Positions 19,419 through 25,449 of a DNA stretch of 25,449 nt are shown in pieces. The notes under the pieces are model-generated. The model was not told where the DNA came from, ran no database searches, and saw only the letters and a list, made by a program, of their open reading frames with translations. The stretch's first letter is position 1. Each line of letters opens with the position of its first letter. The position numbers and the translations under genes were made by a program. Source of the stretch: Dehalococcoidia bacterium (GTDB lineage Bacteria; Chloroflexota; Dehalococcoidia; GIF9; UBA5629); NCBI GenBank assembly GCA_003484395.1, contig DNCV01000073.1, positions 1 through 25,449 of the forward strand. The letters are read 5' to 3'.

Positions 19419-20191
19419 CTCGTTAACTCCAATATGGTAGGATAATTAATCTTTGTAAGACACAACGCATAGGCAGGGGCGGTTGGACCCGCCAGCCCAA
19501 GCTTCTTTGCATCCATAATCTGCACAAATTCCTCAATTCCGATCTTGCCCAAACCCACACGAATGAGTAATCCTATCGTATTGCGCACCTGATGAGGCAA
19601 AAATGAATTTGCATTTATAGTAAACACAACGTCAATGCCCTCGCGATTGACTTTCGCCTCATTCACCGTACGAACCGTGCTTTTCCCATTGAAAAAAGCG
19701 GCACAGAAGGAAGCGAAATCACGCTGTCCTCTCAATACATCACATGCTTTATTCATCATATCAATATTCAATTCATTTACAACCAGATATTTTCGGTCTC
19801 TATCCAGCGGAGACCGTATAGCACAATTGACTATGGAGTATTCATATTCACGGCTCGCCGCTTGGCGACGGACATCAAACGTTTCCTCCACATCATATGC
19901 CTTGTTCACCGCAATATCGTCCGGGAGATAATGATTCAATGCCTTTACCATTACCATCGGGGGCAACTGCGATGCCGTCCAAAAACTGACTACCTGACAC
20001 CTGGCATGTACACCGGCATCAGTGCGGCTGGCAGCGATGACTCGCCGCTGCTCACCCGTCAGCCTATTGATGGCATTTTCCAATTCAGCCTGTATCGTTG
20101 GCCCCGCAGGCTGCCATTGGAAGCCGTAATATCGCCCGCCATCATACTCTACAATCAGGACGACTTTTCTATTGCTGTTAAAGAACGACAC
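19415..20191 (-). CDS. truA: tRNA pseudouridine(38-40) synthase
   Basis: [40 protein letters not shown]; exact start uncertain (GTG 20191). Confidence 0.96.
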   Translation of the reverse strand: MSFFNSNRKVVLIVEYDGGRYYGFQWQPAGPTIQAELENAINRLTGEQRRVIAASRTDAGVHARCQVVSFWTASQLPPMVMVKALNHYLPDDIAVNKAYDVEETFDVRRQAASREYEYSIVNCAIRSPLDRDRKYLVVNELNIDMMNKACDVLRGQRDFASFCAAFFNGKSTVRTVNEAKVNREGIDVVFTINANSFLPHQVRNTIGLLIRVGLGKIGIEEFVQIMDAKKLGLAGPTAPAYALCLTKINYPTILELTR

Positions 20192-20205
20192 ACAAACGTA
20201 ACCAG

Positions 20206-20559
20206 CTATTCAACCATCTCAAGCTTGTTCATTGGAGCACCATCACCTACTCTGGGACCAAGCTTGATCAAGCGTGTATAGCCACCTGAACGATTCGCGA
20301 ATTTCGGACCGATCGTCTCAAATAGTTTGGAAATAACTTTCTTATCGGTAATAACCATTGCTGCGCGCCGCCGTGCAGCAACGTCGCCTTTTTTACCAAG
20401 AGTTATCATTTTTTCAGCCATGCTTTTAATTTCTTTAGCTTTGGCTTCGGTTGTCACTATCTTCTCATGTCTGAGGAAATCCGTTATCAGGCTTCGATAC
20501 ATTAACCGTCGCGGGCCTGATGGTCTTCCCAATTTACGTCCGTCGATTTGATGTCTCAT
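20206..20559 (-). CDS. rplQ: 50S ribosomal protein L17
   Basis: MRHQIDGRKLGR, IVTTEAKAKE, RSGGYTRLIKLGPRVGDGAPM. Confidence 0.98.
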   Translation of the reverse strand: MRHQIDGRKLGRPSGPRRLMYRSLITDFLRHEKIVTTEAKAKEIKSMAEKMITLGKKGDVAARRRAAMVITDKKVISKLFETIGPKFANRSGGYTRLIKLGPRVGDGAPMNKLEMVE

Positions 20560-20561
20560 AA

Positions 20562-21563
20562 CTATTCCTCTTCCTTGGCTGCATCGTCGCCTTCATCATC
20601 AGAATCTTTCTTTTTCGCCTTCTTTCTGATCTCGGGCACAAAGGGTAAATTCCATTTCTGCAGAGTCTCTTCCACCTCTTCCTGAGATTTGGCACCGAAT
20701 CCTGCAAGCGATGTTAAATCACCTTCCGAGGCTTTCTCCAGAAGCTCACCCAGCGTCGTAATTGAACCACGCCGCAAACTATTATATGTATGTGTAGATA
20801 AATTCATCTCCTCAAGTCGCATGTTATACTGCTCAGGAGGCAGCAACCGCGGCCATGGCGGCTCGCCGTTTTCATCCGCAATGGTCTTTGCCAAATTGCG
20901 GAAACAGGCAAACTGATCAACCAGTATGGTTGCGCTCTGTGTCAGCGCTTCAAGCGGAGACAATGTTCCGTTGGTCCATATCTCAAGCGTCAGCTTTTCC
21001 TTCTCTGCACCCTCTTCCAGTCCGCTGGCCTCGACGGTGTAATTAGCATTTCGAACCGGTGTATAAATGGCATCAATCGGGATAACCCCGAGAGCCAGCC
21101 CCTCGCTTGATCCGGCGGGAACATATCCTCTGCCCATCTTCACATAGAATTTAATATCAAGATTGGCTTTTGAAGAATCGAGAGTAATTAAATGCAAATC
21201 AGGATTGACTATCTCAAAATCCGTGCCTGTCTTAATATCGCCGGCAACAACTTCGCCCTCGCGTTCCACCTGCAAAGTCATCGTCCCCTCACGCTGAGAA
21301 AGCGGACGAATGCAAATCTCTTTGACATTCAACAGAAAGCCGATTGTATCCTCACGGGCATGCGGAATAACGGAGAACTCATGCTGAATTCCTGCCATCT
21401 CCACTGCCGAAATCGCGGCGCTCGTCAACGAGCTGAGAAGAACTCGACGGAGGCTGTTCCCAAGCGTAGTGCCAAAGCCTTTCTCAAGAGGCTCGGCAAT
21501 GAAACGCCCGAAATTTTTATTGCTTTCCACGCAAACAATATTAGGTAATAATAATCCAGCCAC
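20562..21563 (-). CDS. rpoA: RNA polymerase alpha subunit
   Basis: EPLEKGFGTTLGNSLRRVLLSSL, HEFSVIP, GRGYVPA, IDAIYTPV, alpha-CTD; GTG start. Confidence 0.98.
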   Translation of the reverse strand: MAGLLLPNIVCVESNKNFGRFIAEPLEKGFGTTLGNSLRRVLLSSLTSAAISAVEMAGIQHEFSVIPHAREDTIGFLLNVKEICIRPLSQREGTMTLQVEREGEVVAGDIKTGTDFEIVNPDLHLITLDSSKANLDIKFYVKMGRGYVPAGSSEGLALGVIPIDAIYTPVRNANYTVEASGLEEGAEKEKLTLEIWTNGTLSPLEALTQSATILVDQFACFRNLAKTIADENGEPPWPRLLPPEQYNMRLEEMNLSTHTYNSLRRGSITTLGELLEKASEGDLTSLAGFGAKSQEEVEETLQKWNLPFVPEIRKKAKKKDSDDEGDDAAKEEE

Positions 21564-21574
21564 GACACCTTCCC

Positions 21575-22207
21575 CTATCGTGAATAGTATTCGACGATAG
21601 CTTTTGTCTCAAATTTTACTTCGATATCGTCACGGGAGGGCAGATTTACGACTTTCCCGACCATAGTGCCGGTATCGAGATTTAACCAGGTCGGGACGAT
21701 TTTGTCTGCAATCTTTTCGACCAGTGTTTTGAAATATTCCGATTTCTTGCTCTCTTCACGCCATGCAATCAAATCATTCGCCTTGACTTCATACGAGGGT
21801 ATATTGACGCGACGGCCATTTACTAACAGATGGCCATGAGAGATAATCTGTCGGGCCTGGGCACGTGAATCGGCAAATCCCAGACGATACGCCACATTAT
21901 CGAAACGCCTTTCGAGAAGCACAACGAAATGGTCGCCGGTAACGCCGGTCAAACGCTCCGCTTCGCCAAACATTTTGCGGAACTGCCGCTCGAGAACGCC
22001 ATAGGTACGACGCGCCCTCTGTTTCTGTAACAGTTGAAGTCCACGCTCGGACTTCTTCGGGCGACGCTTACCGGTGGAGTTATACCCAGGCAACACATTA
22101 CGACGCTCCATAGCGCATTTTGCAGTATAGCACCGTTCGCCCTTGAGCATCATTTTGTCGCCAACGCGACGACATAAACGACATTTAGCTTCTGTATATC
22201 GTCCCAT
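21575..22207 (-). CDS. rpsD: 30S ribosomal protein S4 (Cys-containing Zn form)
   Basis: MGRYTEAKCRLCRR...CYTAKC, YGVLERQF, LERRFDNVAYRLGFA, VNIPSY. Start at 22207; the track start overlaps rpsK. Confidence 0.98.
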   Translation of the reverse strand: MGRYTEAKCRLCRRVGDKMMLKGERCYTAKCAMERRNVLPGYNSTGKRRPKKSERGLQLLQKQRARRTYGVLERQFRKMFGEAERLTGVTGDHFVVLLERRFDNVAYRLGFADSRAQARQIISHGHLLVNGRRVNIPSYEVKANDLIAWREESKKSEYFKTLVEKIADKIVPTWLNLDTGTMVGKVVNLPSRDDIEVKFETKAIVEYYSR

Positions 22208-22209
22208 AC

Positions 22210-22602
22210 TTATACTCGCCTTCTCTTCCGAGCCCGACACCCGTTATGAGGTATCGGTGTTATATCATGAATTGCAGCCACAGAAATTCCGTTCGCCTGC
22301 AGGGCACGTATCGCTGCTTCACGTCCGCTACCAGGACCGCGAACAAAGACCTCAACCTGTCTCAAACCCTGATCCTTCGCCTTCAATGCAGCACCCTGAG
22401 CTGCCAGTTGAGCTGCATATGGCGTCCCTTTACGTGAGCCCTTGAAACCCGCTGTTCCCGAACTGCCCCACGCCAAAACATCTCCCTTGGCATCAGTAAG
22501 CGTCACAATTGTATTATTAAAGGTAGACACGATAAATGCTTTACCGTCGCCTACAACCTTACGTTCACGTTTCCTCGTTTTTACTTTTTTCTTTTGTGCC
22601 AT
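22210..22602 (-). CDS. rpsK: 30S ribosomal protein S11
   Basis: [41 protein letters not shown]. Confidence 0.98.
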   Translation of the reverse strand: MAQKKKVKTRKRERKVVGDGKAFIVSTFNNTIVTLTDAKGDVLAWGSSGTAGFKGSRKGTPYAAQLAAQGAALKAKDQGLRQVEVFVRGPGSGREAAIRALQANGISVAAIHDITPIPHNGCRARKRRRV

Positions 22603-22636
22603 TCAGCAATACTCCTTTACTAATACAAGCAGGGGC

Positions 22637-23023
22637 TTATTTCTTCGCACCACGTTTCTGACCACGTCCGGCTACAGTCTTGCGGAGTCCACGTTTGGTA
22701 CGAGCATTGGTACGAGTACGCTGGCCCCAAACGGGCAAATTACGACGATGTCGTTGCCCACGGTAGCAGCCGATTTCAATAAGGCGTTTCACATTTAACT
22801 GGGTTTGTTTACGCAACTCCCCTTCAACCGTGTACTCTTTATCAATCGCCTCACGAATAAGATTAACCTCTTCTTCAGTAAGGTCTTTCACCCTTTTCTC
22901 GGGATCGATTTTCGTCCGTGCCAATATTTTATCGCTTAGCATCGGGCCGATACCATAAAGATATCGTAACGAAATTTTGATCTTCTTCTCACGTGGTATA
23001 TCAACACCGGAAATACGTGCCAT
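22637..23023 (-). CDS. rpsM: 30S ribosomal protein S13
   Basis: [40 protein letters not shown]. Confidence 0.98.
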   Translation of the reverse strand: MARISGVDIPREKKIKISLRYLYGIGPMLSDKILARTKIDPEKRVKDLTEEEVNLIREAIDKEYTVEGELRKQTQLNVKRLIEIGCYRGQRHRRNLPVWGQRTRTNARTKRGLRKTVAGRGQKRGAKK

Positions 23024-23041
23024 CTTCTATCTCTCCGCTCT

Positions 23042-23155
23042 TTATCCCTGACGCTGTTTGTGTTTAGGATTGATACAAATCACTCGCACAACGCCACGGC
23101 GTCTGACTATCTTGCATTTTTCACATCGTATCTTAACTGATGATCTAACTTTCAC
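23042..23155 (-). CDS. rpmJ: 50S ribosomal protein L36, 37 aa; not in the ORF track
   Basis: Manual translation from GTG 23155: [37 protein letters not shown]; SD GAGGT 8 nt upstream. Confidence 0.98.
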   Translation of the reverse strand: MKVRSSVKIRCEKCKIVRRRGVVRVICINPKHKQRQG

Positions 23156-23193
23156 GGTAAACTACCTCATTACCTAATTCAAAAATACCCTAT

Positions 23194-23223
23194 ATAATAA
23201 TCCTTTAGTCACCATAATGTCAA
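23194..23223 (-). promoter_or_regulatory. Predicted internal promoter for rpmJ-rpsM-rpsK-rpsD-rpoA-rplQ
   Basis: TTGACA (23223-23218), 18 nt spacer, TATTAT (23199-23194) in the infA-rpmJ gap. Confidence 0.65.
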
Positions 23224-23241
23224 AGCAAACACAGCTATTTT

Positions 23242-23472
23242 TTACTTAAACCTGTACGTTATCCGTCCCCTCGCTAGATCGTAGGGAGACAGCTCGACAA
23301 GCACTCTATCCGCCGGCAAAATCCGTATATAATTTTTGCGCATTTTCCCCGAAATATGGGCCAGTACCTTATGACCATTTGCCAGCTCCACGCGAAACGA
23401 AGCATTGGGCAATGCCTCGAGCACTGTCCCCTCAACTTCGATAGTTTCCTTATCAGGTACATTATCGTTCAC
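23242..23472 (-). CDS. infA: Translation initiation factor IF-1
   Basis: [43 protein letters not shown]; GTG start overlaps the map stop. Confidence 0.97.
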   Translation of the reverse strand: MNDNVPDKETIEVEGTVLEALPNASFRVELANGHKVLAHISGKMRKNYIRILPADRVLVELSPYDLARGRITYRFK

Positions 23473-24215
23473 GGCAGCGTCAATACCTCAGTTTTACCAT
23501 CTCGTATTGCTATCGTATGCTCAAAATGAGCAGCTAAACTTCCATCTGCAGTATGAATCGTCCATTTATTCTGGTTAACCCTCGTTTTCCAATCACCCGC
23601 TGTCACCATCGGTTCAATTGCCACCGTCATCCCAATATGCAACATCATTCCTGTTCCGGAAACACCAAAATTCGGCACGAGCGGATCTTCATGGAGATTC
23701 CTCCCGATGCCATGTCCGGAATATTCCCTCACAACTCCGAAGCCTCTGGCTTCGATATATCCCTGGATTGCAGCGGAAATATCACCGAGATAGCCGCCGC
23801 TTTTCGCAGCACCGATTCCCTCATGCAATGAGGCTTGGGTTACATCGAGAAGTTGCTGCGCCTGTGCACTTATCTGTCCCACCCCCACCGTTATCGCCGC
23901 ATCTCCATGAAAGCCACGATATACAGCTCCGAAATCTATCGAAACTATATCCCCTTCCTCGAGTATCCTTTCACCCGGTATGCCATGAACGATCTCGTCA
24001 TTAATCGAGATGCAAACACTGGCGGGATACCCGTGATATCCTTTGAAGGATGCCTTTGCATCCCACTTTTTTAATTCTTTCACGGCTACCTCATCCAGCA
24101 ACCGCGTTTTAATCCCCGGTTTAACCGCCTCCTTCATTCTCTGGAGGCCTGCCGCCACTATCCTTCCCGCCTGCCTCATATACGCTATCTCCTCAGGAGA
24201 TTTAAGGACTGTCAT
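23469..24215 (-). CDS. map: Methionine aminopeptidase type I
   Basis: [14 protein letters not shown]...DAA, GHGIG..LHEDP, IEPM, AHFEHT. Confidence 0.98.
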   Translation of the reverse strand: MTVLKSPEEIAYMRQAGRIVAAGLQRMKEAVKPGIKTRLLDEVAVKELKKWDAKASFKGYHGYPASVCISINDEIVHGIPGERILEEGDIVSIDFGAVYRGFHGDAAITVGVGQISAQAQQLLDVTQASLHEGIGAAKSGGYLGDISAAIQGYIEARGFGVVREYSGHGIGRNLHEDPLVPNFGVSGTGMMLHIGMTVAIEPMVTAGDWKTRVNQNKWTIHTADGSLAAHFEHTIAIRDGKTEVLTLP

Positions 24216-24223
24216 TATCTCTA

Positions 24224-24865
24224 CTATTTCACCCTCATCGCTTTGACTATCTGCTCGGTCACCTTCGCTATCTCAACCGCCCCATCGATTGTTACCAGTT
24301 TATCTTTATAAAAATTCAATATGGGGGTCGTCTGAGAGTGATATACTTTCAAGCGATTTTTAATCGTTTCCTCGTTATCATCAGCACGCTGGTAGAGCTC
24401 GCCGCCGCACTTATCGCAAACGCCTTTTACTTTCGGAGGTGAAAACACCTGATGATATGGAGTCTGACATTTACGGCAGATCCATCGTCCACCCAGTCGC
24501 TTGAGTAATTCAGCATCAGGAACCTCGATATCAATTGCTTTATCGATCTTGCTCTTCAGCGTTGCCATCACACCATCGAGCGCCTTCGCCTGATCCAGCG
24601 TCCGCGGAAAACCATCGAAGACGCAGCCTTCTTTGCAATCAGGTTGTGATAACCTCTCCGATAGCATTTGAATTGTTACTTCATCGGGAACCAGGGCACC
24701 CTTTTCCATATATGACTTTGCCAGCAATCCCAACTTCGTACCTTTCTGCACCGCTTGACGAAATAGATCGCCGGTCGCAATATGTGGAACATCAAGCTTC
24801 TTTGCAATGACGGCTGCCTGTGTACCTTTGCCTGCTCCGGGAGCTCCAAGAAACACTACAAACAT
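24224..24865 (-). CDS. adk: Adenylate kinase with a Cys4 LID
   Basis: GAPGAGKGTQ, HIATGDLFR, FDGFPRT, CRKC...CDKC, QRADD. Confidence 0.98.
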   Translation of the reverse strand: MFVVFLGAPGAGKGTQAAVIAKKLDVPHIATGDLFRQAVQKGTKLGLLAKSYMEKGALVPDEVTIQMLSERLSQPDCKEGCVFDGFPRTLDQAKALDGVMATLKSKIDKAIDIEVPDAELLKRLGGRWICRKCQTPYHQVFSPPKVKGVCDKCGGELYQRADDNEETIKNRLKVYHSQTTPILNFYKDKLVTIDGAVEIAKVTEQIVKAMRVK

Positions 24866-24866
24866 T

Positions 24867-25449
24867 TTACTTCAAAAATCCTTCGTATTTTCGCATTGTT
24901 AATTGTGCTTCAATCTGTTTCATTGTATCCAAAGCCACGCCGACGATAATCAATAAACCTGTGCTCGACAGCGTGAGCACCGCAACATTCGTTATCTCTC
25001 TGGCAAGAAACGGCAATACCGCAACAATGCCGAGGAAAAGAGCGCCGCCCCAGGTAATGCGATTGATCACCGAATTAAGATATTCCTCAGTCGGCTTACC
25101 CGGTCTGACACCAGGAACAAAACCACCCTGACGCTGCAGAGTCTTAGCAAGTTCCATCTGCTGGAAGACAACCATAGTGTAAAAGAAGGCAAATGCCACA
25201 ACCAGAACAAAGTAGCACACCCAATAAAATAACCCGATAGGAAGCGCCGTACCTGGGTTGAACCATTCAGCAACGGTATTCCAGAAGTTGGGATCCTGCC
25301 CTGGAGGAGCGACGAAATAGCTGGCAATGGTTCCAGGGAAGATCATCAATGACATGGCAAAGATTAACGGGATCATGCCTGCGGTATTAACTCTCAACGG
25401 AACATAGGTCGAACCGGATTGTCTATATATCCTGTTTCCCTTGATAGCT
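24867..25449 (-). CDS. secY: Preprotein translocase SecY, C-terminal part; runs off the window end
   Basis: The frame stays open to the edge (AIKGNRIYRQSGSTYVPLRVNTAGMIPLIFA); GGFVPGVRPGKPT, TGLLIIVGVALDT. Confidence 0.97.
   Translation of the reverse strand, partial: AIKGNRIYRQSGSTYVPLRVNTAGMIPLIFAMSLMIFPGTIASYFVAPPGQDPNFWNTVAEWFNPGTALPIGLFYWVCYFVLVVAFAFFYTMVVFQQMELAKTLQRQGGFVPGVRPGKPTEEYLNSVINRITWGGALFLGIVAVLPFLAREITNVAVLTLSSTGLLIIVGVALDTMKQIEAQLTMRKYEGFLK

Noticed and set aside
21575-24865. Cys-containing Zn forms of S4, L36 and the Adk LID
   Set aside because: Common ancestral forms, not unusual.
18580-25449. Gene order rplQ-truA-rplM-rpsI and several 1-4 nt stop/start overlaps
   Set aside because: Ordinary translational coupling in a ribosomal superoperon.

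Overview
Core-genome window, almost entirely on the minus strand, from a bacterium that looks like Chloroflexota, class Dehalococcoidia. This is inferred from gene content and order, not from a search. In transcription order, from the right end: the tail of the spc/alpha ribosomal superoperon (secY partial, adk, map, infA, rpmJ, rpsM, rpsK, rpsD, rpoA, rplQ, truA, rplM, rpsI); a bidirectional terminator; and the only plus-strand gene, a CorA-family protein lacking the GMN signature. Next come an archaeal-type dUTPase, a DUF4349 lipoprotein and a SAM-cycle/salvage supercluster (mtnA, mtnP, folate-independent core methionine synthase, Lys-rich orphan, archaemetzincin, APH-like/P-loop kinase fusion, ahcY, metK, pgm). 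The window ends with a 46-aa DUF5679-like zinc-ribbon gene, uppS, dxs and nusA-rnpM(ylxR)-infB (partial). The ORF track misses infB, rpmJ and the 46-aa gene, and several of its starts are too long. I saw no mobile element, CRISPR array, tRNA or rRNA. The best leads are the uncharacterised genes embedded in the SAM cluster, two small basic proteins with their own near-consensus promoters, a possible structured RNA after corA, and several cis-elements: a rimP-type leader without rimP, an SD-ATG-TAA start-stop element, and a repeated pseudo-palindrome bracketing mtnA-mtnP-mesB.
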